This document shows, in pieces, positions 1 to 10,008 of a stretch of 64,000 nt of DNA (position 1 is its first letter; each line of letters starts with the position of its first letter). The stretch lies in the IMG/VR virus record IMGVR_UViG_3300042863_002274. One strand, given 5' to 3'. The notes beneath the pieces are model-generated. The model ran no database searches and was not told the origin of the DNA. It saw only the letters and a program-made list of their open reading frames with translations. This DNA is from a virus. The position numbers and the translations under genes were made by a program.

Positions 1-1
1 A

Positions 2-175
2 AGAAAACTGTTGGAATTGATGGCAATTTCTGGAGTGTTGCCAGAGGAGACTGTTTATGCAATTCTTAGAAAAAACCAAGAAGATGAAGGTTTAATTATC
101 GACGCTGAAGTAGTATCTGACTCAACGGATGAGCCAAACTACAGGGACCCAAGCGATGATGATATCGAACAATGA
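2..175 (+). CDS. 3' end of an upstream gene (partial), acidic C-terminus ...IIDAEVVSDSTDEPNYRDPSDDDIEQ*
   Basis: Open frame from the window start to TGA at 173-175, overlapping the next ORF; translated by hand. Confidence 0.6.
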   Translation, partial: RKLLELMAISGVLPEETVYAILRKNQEDEGLIIDAEVVSDSTDEPNYRDPSDDDIEQ

Positions 176-482
176 AAATGAAGAACTTGACAATATTCGC
201 GTAGCTATGGACAAGGTTGCAGAAACCTTGACACCCACCATCTCGCCTTTAATTGACGCTTCAGACGGTCCAGCAGACAAACAGGTCCTTATTCGTACCA
301 ACGACTACGAAAGAGGCAGATGGAAAGAAGCTGCCAATATAGAGCAGGTAACCCTTTCTGCGTGGATTAGAAACATTCTTAATTCCGAAGCCAAGAGACT
401 GCTTGAATGCGACCACCCAATGGAAATGATGCGTTTCTATCCTTGGGCCAAGATATGCACCAAATGCGGCAACCGCCTTTAG
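129..482 (+). CDS. Ribbon-helix-helix-like DNA-binding protein with C-terminal Cys/His (CxH...CxxC) motif
   Basis: QVLIRTNDYERGRWKEAANIEQVTLSAWIRNIL fits an RHH strand-helix-helix pattern; true start may be ATG at about 156-159. Confidence 0.55.
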   Translation: MSQTTGTQAMMISNNENEELDNIRVAMDKVAETLTPTISPLIDASDGPADKQVLIRTNDYERGRWKEAANIEQVTLSAWIRNILNSEAKRLLECDHPMEMMRFYPWAKICTKCGNRL

Positions 483-517
483 TTTACGCATATCTTCTAA
501 TGGTATTATTTAACTAA

Positions 518-3500
518 ATGTCTTCCGATAATGAATTCCCCATCCCTTTCGAGGAGTCCAGACGCGGTCTGGCGGCTAACCAAGAGGAAAAAGCGGCCGT
601 AGGGCGACTTGGTCAGTATTTAGCTTCTCGCGGAGTTAATAGACCGACAATCGGCGAAGGGCGCAAAAAAAGAAGAAGCGGCAATATCGAGCTTCCCACT
701 GGCGGCAAGCCAGGCCAAAGAAACCCTACCGGTTCGAGAAGAGACGTTGACGGCGATGGCTGGGCAGACGAGGGAACCACCAAGCCAGTATGGGTCGGCA
801 CCGAGAGTCAAGCAGGTAAGCCAAATACTGTTGCTCGTCTTTCTAGTGGCATGGTGCAACTTTCACCAACAGAGCGGCACGACTATGGCGCTCTTGTGGC
901 GTCAAAAAAAGTTCAAGCGAAAGACGTCAAAGGCAAAGGCGGAGAATACAGAATAGTCATAACGACATCGGGAACCGTAGCCGCATTTCTTGATTCAGAC
1001 ATTGAGAAAGAAAGAAACAACCTTCTCGACAGATTTAACGAGCTAGGCAAAAATCCTTTTACAAACAAAGAAGCCCCCCTTGCATTGAAGGACATTGATG
1101 ACCGGGATGTACTAAGAGGACTGCTCGATGACCAGCGAAAAATTAAACCATCAGCAGGAATGCAGGTCTACCTATCCGGCAAAGGCATTGAAGTTTTCGG
1201 AATAGAAACAAGAGAAAAACACCGCCGTCGTGGATTAGCAACAGAGATGTTTAACTTTCATCGTGAAGTATTTCCCGACCAAGACCTCCAACATAGCGAC
1301 GCGTTGACTGATGACGGTAGGGCTTTTGCCGACGCGACTCCCACTGTCTCCGTATCGGCAAAACTTTCCTCTGGCAAAGGACGTAATACAAAGCTAAACG
1401 TTACGCGCTATGGAAAAGACGACGAATACGCGCAGGTATCGTCTTTTGAAATTGACGGCAAAGTGTTTGAGATTTCTCGTGGTGGAGACTCTCCCGGCAG
1501 AGACATGTACAACGGTTACATCTCTGCGTTCGACGAGGATAAAAACGTTGCATACATCGACTACAATATGGATACAGAAAACAAGAAAGCCGTTGTGGCA
1601 ATGGTTTTCACCGATGAAGAATATCGTCGTCAAGGAATAGCCGAAGCCCTTCTTGATTCTTTTGTGACAGAAAATCCCGACTACGAGATAAGCCCTGGTG
1701 GCACCACCGACGAAGGTGGAGACTGGTGGCGTTCGGTTACTGGTGGGGATGGACCAATAAAAGCAGAAAAAGCTACACAAACGCAAGAAGGTCTCTTTTC
1801 ACCACGCAAAGGAGAGCAGGGAGACTCCGGCTCAAGGCTTTCTTCTGGAAAAAAATATCAGGAGATAGTTGATTCCCAGCCATCGTTAAGCGAAGATAAA
1901 AAACAATCGATAGCTAATTTTCTTGATGATATTGTGTCAGAAGAATTTCAAAAAGAAGATATTTATGTGCTTGATACCGGTCCGACGCCACCAAGGCCTC
2001 CCGGAATGCCAGAACCAAAGCCGAGACAAATACTTAAAGACGATGAAAAAAGAACTCTAGAAAAAGAACGAGTTCGCAACTTGTTAGCCGAAGTATTTAA
2101 AGGCGAGATGACCCTAGACAAAGACGTCATCATCACCGCTGACGACGGGACACAATTAAACATAGGAAAAAAAGTCCTAGTAGAAATAATGCCGCAATCT
2201 TCCTATGCGCCAGCGATAAAGGTAAAAAAGGCTTCTGAAAAAGACCTTGCGGAACAGGATGAATTAGGACTGTATGAAGAAAATATAAAAGAGGGTGACT
2301 TAGTAACAGAACTGCAACTTGAATTCAGGATTAAGCCACTTCCTGAGTACAGCGACGCACTCTTGGCTATATTTAATGATGAAGATGGAAAAAGATACAT
2401 TTCCAGAGAAGACGGTACACCGGCTCTTGCGACGGGATACAGAACATTCATTCAGGTGTCTGGAGATGACAAAGACGTTCGAATTGTCTCTCACGATTCT
2501 TTTTACATCAACAATCGTGCCCAAGGTCAAGGAATTGGGTCTGTTTTTAATGCTAGAAATGAAAAATTATACAACGAACTTGATGTTCGTTCCATAATTA
2601 CTTGGGGTAATTCCGGCAGTGGTTCAACCGGTGCTGTTCATTGGCCAAAAAATGGTTTCTCTTGGGCAGGAGAGAAAGATAAGCAGGATTTTATAAAATT
2701 AATTGATGAGGCAATCGTCAATACTCCAGAAATGTTTTCTGAAGAAGATAGAAAAAAGATATCTTCCCTGTACAGAAAAAATAACGATACTGGATTGTTT
2801 GAGACGGAAGCCACGGCAGAAGAGTTTGTAGATTTTCCTAAAGCAGACGAAGTTTTTTCTAATGCAAATGCTCAATTCTTCTACTCAAGACCACTAAGAG
2901 AGCTGGCTGGGGCTTCTTCTGGAAGTAGCGGTTCAGCAAGGCTTTCCAGTGGTAGAGCTCCTCGATACCCGCGCGAACCAACGCTGGGTGCTTTCCTTGA
3001 AGGAGCGCAAGAAAGATTTGAAGGCGTTGATTCCTGGGAGGAGTTCAAGGAGCGCTATGCCGAAACCGAAATGGTATTTCTTGACTACGAAACAACCGGA
3101 TTAGATTTCGACGAATTCGGTAAAGCAACCACAAACGGTAACCCAACGCAAATTGGTCTTGTAAGAATGAAGAACGGCAAAGAAATAGGCCGTTTAAATC
3201 TTTTCATGAACCCCGAACAGCCTCTTGGTGAATGGTCTTTAGCAAACCTTAAAGATGCAGATGGTAATCCAATAACCAACGAATGGCTTGCTACGCAAAT
3301 GCCAATGGCGGAAGCCCATAGACAAGTTGCTGAGTTTATTGGACCAGACGCAATCATTGGTGTACAGAATGCAACGTTTGATAAGAGAGTGCTTGAAGAT
3401 GCGTTAGAAAGAGACGGCATAGATTGGCGTCCTTCTGGCTATCTTGACACAAGAGACATAAGTGCAATGACCTTGCCTGTATGGAGCGAAGAGAGCCCAG

Positions 3501-6500
3501 AAGGTCCCTATATAACCGATAGAGACGGAAATAAAAAACCATCCAGCAGTCTTGCTGCAATAACCGAATATTTGGATGTTGAATTAGGTGAGGGTCACCA
3601 CAACGCCGATGCCGACGCTTTCGCAACCAGTCAGGTTATGCAGAAGATAATCGATAGAGCCATTGAGAACGGATGGTCCACTGACGTCTTGGATAAAGAA
3701 AAAAGAGACGCAAAACTAAAAGCAGACAACGATAAATTTAACGCAGATATTGAAAAGTTTGAATCAGACAAAGAGTCTTTTGTTTCAGCCCAGAAAGAAG
3801 AGGAAAGCACAAGGCTTTCTTCTGGAGCTAGAGCCAAAAGAAGCATTCCGCCGATATCTGAAATTAGGAAAGAAGTAGGGAGATTCTATAGAGAATCAGA
3901 AATGTCAGATGCAGATGTTGTTCGTACGTATCTTCAAATTAGAAACCGTGATGCAGAGGAATTATACGAATCAAGACATACTAGCGGCAGGGAAATATCC
4001 GACGAAATAGGTGAGCATTTCTCAAGGTTTCGAGACTTCATAGATAATGAGAGAATCTCAATAGACGGAATGAGCGATAGTGAAATTCTAGAAATCTTAA
4101 AAAAAGGAAAATATCGTTCAACAATAGATTCGTACGACAACGCAATAGACAATATTGGACCTGTTCCCTCAAAGAATTCAAATCGTCTTTCTTCCGGCAG
4201 ACAGCGCGAATTAATACCAATGAATGCTCCGTCAAAGGAGCGAAAAGGAACTGGTGCTACTGGCTACAGAACTCAAGACTCTTCAGGAAATTTGATTAGT
4301 AGGTATTCCTCAACGTGGCTTTCCGGTTTGAGTTCTGATGAAATTTCTAAGGTTGTTGTTCCTGTCAATGCTGATGAGCATTTCGAGATGTGGGCTGACG
4401 ATATTGCTGGACCAAACTGGCGAGCCAGTAAAAAACAGCAAAAATTCATCAAGAACTACTATGAGGAGCTACAAAAAGACTCAACTAATATTCCTGTTGA
4501 TTATTCTCCAGAATCAATAGCTGCTACCCAGAAATTAGTAAAAGACCTGCTGGATTCTTCCCCTTCTGTTATGTGGGTAATGCAAAACTTCGGAGCACCA
4601 TTGATTGTTCCGTTCACTCGCGAAGGAATGGACGCTTACGAAAACAGTCCAGACATGAAAGAACGACTAGAGCTTCTTGCCAAGCAACGCGGAACAGAAA
4701 AAATCCCATTTGTTAGCGGACTTGCAAATCGTTCCTTGGGGTCTATAGGTATTTCTCCACGAGCCCTGATAGATAGAGAATCGTTACTTAATGACGACAA
4801 GGGTGTTTACCCAATAAGTTTAGACCCAGACCGGGTTCCGGCACCACGAGATGCTCACATAGATAGGTCCCTAGAAGGAACACTCGTTCACGAGTTTGGA
4901 CACTGGATACATCACAGAGCGCTTTGGGATACGGAAACAAACGGCGCTTCAGGAAAAATGCGCTCATATTATGGAACTGGAAAGCTTTCTGACCCAAGAT
5001 ACGTAGCTTCGCTTGATGTTGCAGAAGAATACGGTGACTACGAAACTGACGACAAGAGAATAGAAATCTATTCGCAGTTCATCGACCTGACTGGAAGAAG
5101 CCCTGAAGAAATGTTCAGAGCCCACCCCGATGAGCCTCTCCTATCCACCTCTTACGGAAACATAAACAAAAGAGAGGCCATGGCAGAAGCCTTTGTTGCA
5201 ATAATGCATCCAAACAAGGAAATGCCAGAAAAGACCCTGAGCAAGAAACTCAGAAAAGACATTTATACGCTAATTGGCGTTGACGAAAAAAACCTTCCAT
5301 GGAGCGATTCTAAAGCTGGCTCGGAAAATCGCCTTTCATCGGGTGCCAAAAAAGACAAACGCAAAACAATTTTCTCAAGATTCAGAAAAGAAGAAACTGA
5401 AGAAGCAACCGTTGAGGAAAAAAGGAAACCTCCAGTAGTGGAGAGACCTGAAGGCCTGGTTTCGTTCGCTACCGAACCGTCAGAAGAATTGCTTAAAGCC
5501 TTACCAATACCTGATGAAGACACCTTAAAGAACGAGTTACTAAAAGACGTACAGTCTATAGCGTTGGAATTCGACAAAGGAGCCTATGGAAGTATTGACT
5601 CGATAGGGATGGGTTCAAGAGCTTCTATTATTGCCAAGAAAGCAATTACCGCAAACCTGTCTCGCTCGGTAGATTTTGATGTTGAAGATTTTATTAAAGT
5701 TTTTTCTGCAGGCAACGACCGTTTCGGTTTTCACAGTACGGAAACTTTTAAAGCAGTACAAAAAATGTACGAAACTGTAAAAAACCTACCAGCAGATGCT
5801 GCGAGCACGGAAAGAAGAACGGCTGCTAGGGGTGCTTTTGATACAAAAAGCGGACGTATTATTTCGGCAAAAATACATGACGACATTCTTGGTAGAGCAC
5901 GATATTACGACGAAATATTAGACAGGCTAGAAAAAGAAAACTTTGACGAACTTTTTGGCTCCTCTTTTGATGAATTAATGGCTACAGACGGTAGCGAAAA
6001 ATCACTTTTTACCCCTTATTTAATGACGAAACTTGGAACTGACGATATTAGAAGAGAGTTTCTAGAAGAGATAGAGCCACGGCGTGGACTTTTAAACCGC
6101 CTTATCGAAGCAGTTGAACTACAAGAAAGTAAAGCTTTCGGGCTTGCCAGAATAGGGGAAATAAATCCCAACACGGGAGAACGCGATTATGAAGTAATTT
6201 CATTACTGGGTCGTGGAGTAAACATGGGCGTCATGGATGCAATGTCGTCTCTTGATATTAGTGATGAAGATTATGGTCAAAAATTTGCAGATATTATGTC
6301 TGAGTTTAAAGGTTGGCTAACGGCAGAAAAACTCATGAAAATACGCGACTCGGGTTTGCTTAAAATAGATAGTTCAAACATTGATTCGCCAGAAATTAAA
6401 AAAGCACTAAAAGAGCATCTAGTAGCAAACGTACGTTCTAGAGCTGGAAATTTTGAATCAAAGCGGGAAAGCTACACAAACAAAACGGGAGTTGTGTTCT

Positions 6501-9500
6501 TTGATTTAGAGACAACCGAAGGAAAACGACTTGTTCGAGAATCTCTGATTTCCGACCTTATTCATACTTGGGCAATCTCGGCCAACAACGCAAACCCGGT
6601 TGCTCTTGCAGTTCAGCATGAAATAAGAAAGATGTTTGGATTGACCGAAGCCGTGGGTTGGTCAACTTGGCCGCTTAAAGCTCTTCTCCCGGAAGAAAGG
6701 GAGGAAATGTCGGCTCACGAATTTGACGGAGCTCCCGAATTGACGGATGCTCAATCAGCAATGATTAGACCGATTCTCCAAAATATATATGATGCTACTC
6801 AGCTTTATTACAAAACAAAAGGGGTTACACACGTACCCATATACAGAGGATTTTCTCAGAATAATATAGATTTAACCCCGGGAGTTATTTCACCGATAGA
6901 AACAACAATGCGGCCACTATCTTCATGGAGCACGAGCTCGGGAGTCGCTTTGGGTTTTAGTAATTCTGGAGGAGAAGTAGGTGGACCTTTGGAGCCTACA
7001 CTGCTTAAAGCTTTTGTTCCCGTTGAAGATATATTTTCACACCCATTGAGCGGGTTTGGGTGTCTTTCTGAAGATGAAGTAGTTGTTATTGGCAAGCCGG
7101 TCAAGGCTTTTGCGATTCTCGCGTACGACAGTGAGGAAGCAACACGTGCTAGAAACAGATTAAAAAACGCATCGATGTCAGCTATTGCCGGAGAAGGGAG
7201 AGCGTCTAAATTAACTACTTCAAATATTGAAGAGCTTATAAAGCCTGGTTCAGATTTGTCATTCATAGACGGAAGCGACCTAGACATAGAAGACGCAGAC
7301 CTACGCAGTGCAGACCTCACTGAAGCAAACTTATCCGGCGCAAGCCTGGTTGGTTCCAACCTGTCTGGCGCAAACTTAACAAACGCAAAGCTGAATAACG
7401 CAAACCTGTCTGACTCAAATCTGATTGGCGCAGACTTGTCTCGTGCAGACTTGCGTGGTGCAAACCTGGGTGGCGCAGACCTGTCCGGTGCAGACCTGAC
7501 GGGTGCAAACCTAATAGATGCTGACCTCTCAAATGCAAACCTGGAAGGCGCAAGACTTGAAAACGTAAGACTGGGTAGCGTAGACCTGTCTGGTACAAAC
7601 TTGACTGACGCAGACCTCACTGGTGCAAACGGCCACAATATAAACCTGAGTGGTGCTGACCTGACCAATGCAAACTTTACTGCTGGATTCCTTATGAATG
7701 CAAACTTGACTGATACAAACCTGAGCGGTACAGAATTGAGTTCTGCAAACCTAATGGGTGCGAAGCTGAATAAAGCAAACCTGACTGGCGCAAATCTGTC
7801 TTCTGCAGACATGGCTGATACAGACCTGACTCGTGCAAACCTAAGTGGTGCAAACCTAAGTGGTGCAGACCTAAGAATAGCAAACCTCACTGAGGTGGAC
7901 TTAACGGGCGCAGACTTGACTGGCGCAGACCTAACCCAAGCAAACCTCACTGGCGCAAACCTTGAAGCGGCAAACCTGACTGGTGCAAACCTCACTGATG
8001 CAATAATGCCCGAGGGATACGTCACGGCCGATAACCAGTCCTCTGAATCGGTCCAAAAACTTTCTTCAGGCAAGAAATCACACACTCCAGAATGGAAAAC
8101 AGTTGAAGAGATTGTTGATTTTGAAGTTCTTGGAGCATCTCCTGATGATAGCGAAGAAGACAGAGACGATATAGTCAAAGAGTCTGTTGGTGGAGACTGG
8201 ATGCAATGGGACCCATGTCGCGAAATAAGAACAGCCGCATACGAACTTGCTGGAATAGACGAGTACTCAGAACGAGACCCAAATATCACTCAAAGTGGTG
8301 GGTTCTTTGGAAACTCAAGATTTGACACAGCTATTTCTCCCGAAAAGAGAACCGAACAAGCCCGCTATCTTATGGCAAGCATTGTCGATTCTTTAACGAA
8401 CAAAGCAAGATACGAAAAACAGCCTTATCTATATAGAGCAATGGCGTTTTCGTCTCCAGAAGAAGGAAAACAGTTCTTCGACACAATGAAGGTCGGTAAT
8501 CAGGTAGATATACCGTTACTTGCTTTTGTTGAAATAGGTCCATCTCCTAGTGGGGACCATTTCTTGACAAGATTCGGCAACGACGCTCTCTTGGTGCTAG
8601 AAGACTTCCCTGGGTCATATCAAACGGGCGGAACATTTGAGCCAGTCTTCTCTAGCAGGTATGAAAGCGACACTCTTTACAACGTCAATGAATTTGCAGA
8701 AGCAATATTGGCTGATATAGAAAACGGAGTCTCTGACGAAGAGAATATTGAGAACGATACCGAGTTTGCTAACAGGCTTATAAAACTTGTTGATGATTAT
8801 CAAAAGTCCAGAGACCCGGCAGAGAGACGACAACTAAAAACAGACATAAAAGACACGCTGGATGAAGTGGGGAATGAAACCATAAAGCTTGAATGGGAAG
8901 GTGAGTCACTGCCTGAAGACCACGAAGATTATTACCTCGCTATGGAAGACGAGGAAACAGGAATGACTCCACGTGAATACGTTTCTGGAGGAAGACTTGA
9001 AGTTGTTAGCGTAAATCCAGACCCAACAAAGACTTACAAAGAAATAATCACGCTTCGCCAAGTTGGTGCTTTTGACCCACAAGAAAAGGGTGCTCTAGTT
9101 CTCAAAACCGACGGAGAAAACAGCACGAGATTATCCTCTGGCAAAAATCCTTCAAAGAAAGCAAAGCCAAAGAGCGTTCAGCTTCACGATGACGAATTTG
9201 AGAAAAAGTTTAATCAAAAAGTCCCCGATGGAGAGGGTGACTGCTTTAGTGAAGCAATACAGCAGGCTAGAAAACTGGCCGATGCCTACGAAAATGTAAA
9301 AATAGTACATGGCTATCCTCTTGGTACCGGAGGAGAAGCAGAAGGGCTCAGATTCCCACATGCATGGACAGAGTTCGAGAGAGACGGTCTGGTGTGGGTA
9401 CGGGATTACTCAAACGGCAACAGAGTAGAGTTTCCACAGATTCTCTACTATGGCATTGGAAATATTGAAGAAGCAGACGTAAGTAGATACGACATTAAGG

Positions 9501-9547
9501 AAGCAGAAGCAAACATGATAGAAAACGAACACTATGGCCCTTGGTAA
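518..9547 (+). CDS. 3009-aa polyvalent protein/polyprotein: 3 GNAT-like domains, DEDDh exonuclease, HExxH metallopeptidase, ADP-ribosyltransferase plus pentapeptide repeats, second ART-like domain, C-terminal transglutaminase/papain-like domain
   Basis: GNAT motif A: HRRRGLA, YRRQGIA, AQGQGIG. DEDDh: FLDYETTG/QNATFD/HNADADA. Peptidase: HEFGH...EAMAE. ART: IYRG...PLSSWST...EDE. A(D/N)LxG pentapeptides. ART-like: LYRAM...REYVSGG. Cys domain: GDCF...HAWTE...VRD. Nine [RK]LSSG linkers. Confidence 0.9.
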   Translation: MSSDNEFPIPFEESRRGLAANQEEKAAVGRLGQYLASRGVNRPTIGEGRKKRRSGNIELPTGGKPGQRNPTGSRRDVDGDGWADEGTTKPVWVGTESQAGKPNTVARLSSGMVQLSPTERHDYGALVASKKVQAKDVKGKGGEYRIVITTSGTVAAFLDSDIEKERNNLLDRFNELGKNPFTNKEAPLALKDIDDRDVLRGLLDDQRKIKPSAGMQVYLSGKGIEVFGIETREKHRRRGLATEMFNFHREVFPDQDLQHSDALTDDGRAFADATPTVSVSAKLSSGKGRNTKLNVTRYGKDDEYAQVSSFEIDGKVFEISRGGDSPGRDMYNGYISAFDEDKNVAYIDYNMDTENKKAVVAMVFTDEEYRRQGIAEALLDSFVTENPDYEISPGGTTDEGGDWWRSVTGGDGPIKAEKATQTQEGLFSPRKGEQGDSGSRLSSGKKYQEIVDSQPSLSEDKKQSIANFLDDIVSEEFQKEDIYVLDTGPTPPRPPGMPEPKPRQILKDDEKRTLEKERVRNLLAEVFKGEMTLDKDVIITADDGTQLNIGKKVLVEIMPQSSYAPAIKVKKASEKDLAEQDELGLYEENIKEGDLVTELQLEFRIKPLPEYSDALLAIFNDEDGKRYISREDGTPALATGYRTFIQVSGDDKDVRIVSHDSFYINNRAQGQGIGSVFNARNEKLYNELDVRSIITWGNSGSGSTGAVHWPKNGFSWAGEKDKQDFIKLIDEAIVNTPEMFSEEDRKKISSLYRKNNDTGLFETEATAEEFVDFPKADEVFSNANAQFFYSRPLRELAGASSGSSGSARLSSGRAPRYPREPTLGAFLEGAQERFEGVDSWEEFKERYAETEMVFLDYETTGLDFDEFGKATTNGNPTQIGLVRMKNGKEIGRLNLFMNPEQPLGEWSLANLKDADGNPITNEWLATQMPMAEAHRQVAEFIGPDAIIGVQNATFDKRVLEDALERDGIDWRPSGYLDTRDISAMTLPVWSEESPEGPYITDRDGNKKPSSSLAAITEYLDVELGEGHHNADADAFATSQVMQKIIDRAIENGWSTDVLDKEKRDAKLKADNDKFNADIEKFESDKESFVSAQKEEESTRLSSGARAKRSIPPISEIRKEVGRFYRESEMSDADVVRTYLQIRNRDAEELYESRHTSGREISDEIGEHFSRFRDFIDNERISIDGMSDSEILEILKKGKYRSTIDSYDNAIDNIGPVPSKNSNRLSSGRQRELIPMNAPSKERKGTGATGYRTQDSSGNLISRYSSTWLSGLSSDEISKVVVPVNADEHFEMWADDIAGPNWRASKKQQKFIKNYYEELQKDSTNIPVDYSPESIAATQKLVKDLLDSSPSVMWVMQNFGAPLIVPFTREGMDAYENSPDMKERLELLAKQRGTEKIPFVSGLANRSLGSIGISPRALIDRESLLNDDKGVYPISLDPDRVPAPRDAHIDRSLEGTLVHEFGHWIHHRALWDTETNGASGKMRSYYGTGKLSDPRYVASLDVAEEYGDYETDDKRIEIYSQFIDLTGRSPEEMFRAHPDEPLLSTSYGNINKREAMAEAFVAIMHPNKEMPEKTLSKKLRKDIYTLIGVDEKNLPWSDSKAGSENRLSSGAKKDKRKTIFSRFRKEETEEATVEEKRKPPVVERPEGLVSFATEPSEELLKALPIPDEDTLKNELLKDVQSIALEFDKGAYGSIDSIGMGSRASIIAKKAITANLSRSVDFDVEDFIKVFSAGNDRFGFHSTETFKAVQKMYETVKNLPADAASTERRTAARGAFDTKSGRIISAKIHDDILGRARYYDEILDRLEKENFDELFGSSFDELMATDGSEKSLFTPYLMTKLGTDDIRREFLEEIEPRRGLLNRLIEAVELQESKAFGLARIGEINPNTGERDYEVISLLGRGVNMGVMDAMSSLDISDEDYGQKFADIMSEFKGWLTAEKLMKIRDSGLLKIDSSNIDSPEIKKALKEHLVANVRSRAGNFESKRESYTNKTGVVFFDLETTEGKRLVRESLISDLIHTWAISANNANPVALAVQHEIRKMFGLTEAVGWSTWPLKALLPEEREEMSAHEFDGAPELTDAQSAMIRPILQNIYDATQLYYKTKGVTHVPIYRGFSQNNIDLTPGVISPIETTMRPLSSWSTSSGVALGFSNSGGEVGGPLEPTLLKAFVPVEDIFSHPLSGFGCLSEDEVVVIGKPVKAFAILAYDSEEATRARNRLKNASMSAIAGEGRASKLTTSNIEELIKPGSDLSFIDGSDLDIEDADLRSADLTEANLSGASLVGSNLSGANLTNAKLNNANLSDSNLIGADLSRADLRGANLGGADLSGADLTGANLIDADLSNANLEGARLENVRLGSVDLSGTNLTDADLTGANGHNINLSGADLTNANFTAGFLMNANLTDTNLSGTELSSANLMGAKLNKANLTGANLSSADMADTDLTRANLSGANLSGADLRIANLTEVDLTGADLTGADLTQANLTGANLEAANLTGANLTDAIMPEGYVTADNQSSESVQKLSSGKKSHTPEWKTVEEIVDFEVLGASPDDSEEDRDDIVKESVGGDWMQWDPCREIRTAAYELAGIDEYSERDPNITQSGGFFGNSRFDTAISPEKRTEQARYLMASIVDSLTNKARYEKQPYLYRAMAFSSPEEGKQFFDTMKVGNQVDIPLLAFVEIGPSPSGDHFLTRFGNDALLVLEDFPGSYQTGGTFEPVFSSRYESDTLYNVNEFAEAILADIENGVSDEENIENDTEFANRLIKLVDDYQKSRDPAERRQLKTDIKDTLDEVGNETIKLEWEGESLPEDHEDYYLAMEDEETGMTPREYVSGGRLEVVSVNPDPTKTYKEIITLRQVGAFDPQEKGALVLKTDGENSTRLSSGKNPSKKAKPKSVQLHDDEFEKKFNQKVPDGEGDCFSEAIQQARKLADAYENVKIVHGYPLGTGGEAEGLRFPHAWTEFERDGLVWVRDYSNGNRVEFPQILYYGIGNIEEADVSRYDIKEAEANMIENEHYGPW
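7270..8005 (+). repeat. Coding pentapeptide repeat tract (A[D/N]L[S/T]G-type, 15-nt periodicity) inside the giant ORF
   Basis: Roughly 48 degenerate gcaaacctgactggc/gcagacctg units. Confidence 0.95.
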
Positions 9548-9767
9548 AAAAGAAGACCAGAAAAAAGTTTTTAGCTTAGAACTGAACCAAATAGGGGCCA
9601 GAGGGCTGCCTACTGTAAAAAGACGCACAACTGGGAAAAATAAATCAAAGCCCGAACCAGAAGAGAGCAAACCCTCTTTCCTGGACATACCGTCTTTAAA
9701 TACCCCGATGCCATCCAGATACGTCAAGCCACTCAAGACTCGAAAGAAAAAAGATGGCGACGAATAG
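9534..9767 (+). CDS. Hypothetical basic protein
   Basis: ORF overlapping both neighbours in operon-like packing. Confidence 0.55.
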   Translation: MALGKKEDQKKVFSLELNQIGARGLPTVKRRTTGKNKSKPEPEESKPSFLDIPSLNTPMPSRYVKPLKTRKKKDGDE

Positions 9768-10008
9768 AGTAAACATTGACGATTCCCAAGAGAACGCAGA
9801 CTGGGCCAAGTATCGACAGATAGACATCCCTGGTGTTGAAAGCATCTATGACGTGCTTAGATTCGTAGGGATTGACTTCAGCGGGGAAGACGGCTCACAG
9901 GTAATCGTTGACTTCGCAAAATCCCATCCATGGCTTTACACGTTAAACGCCGAAACTGCATGGATAATAGGTGAAGCGGAAAAAGCGATTAAAGAAAATG
10001 AAAAATGA
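9754..10008 (+). CDS. Hypothetical protein
   Basis: ORF with ATGA overlap to the next gene. Confidence 0.65.
   Translation: MATNRVNIDDSQENADWAKYRQIDIPGVESIYDVLRFVGIDFSGEDGSQVIVDFAKSHPWLYTLNAETAWIIGEAEKAIKENEK

Noticed and set aside
6856-8289. 477-aa minus-strand ORF (RFAP repeats)
   Set aside because: Antisense shadow of the pentapeptide tract of the giant ORF
518-9547. Inteins or DNA-level repeats explaining the RLSSG linkers
   Set aside because: No C/S...HN intein ends or Hint motifs seen; linker codons are synonymous-divergent
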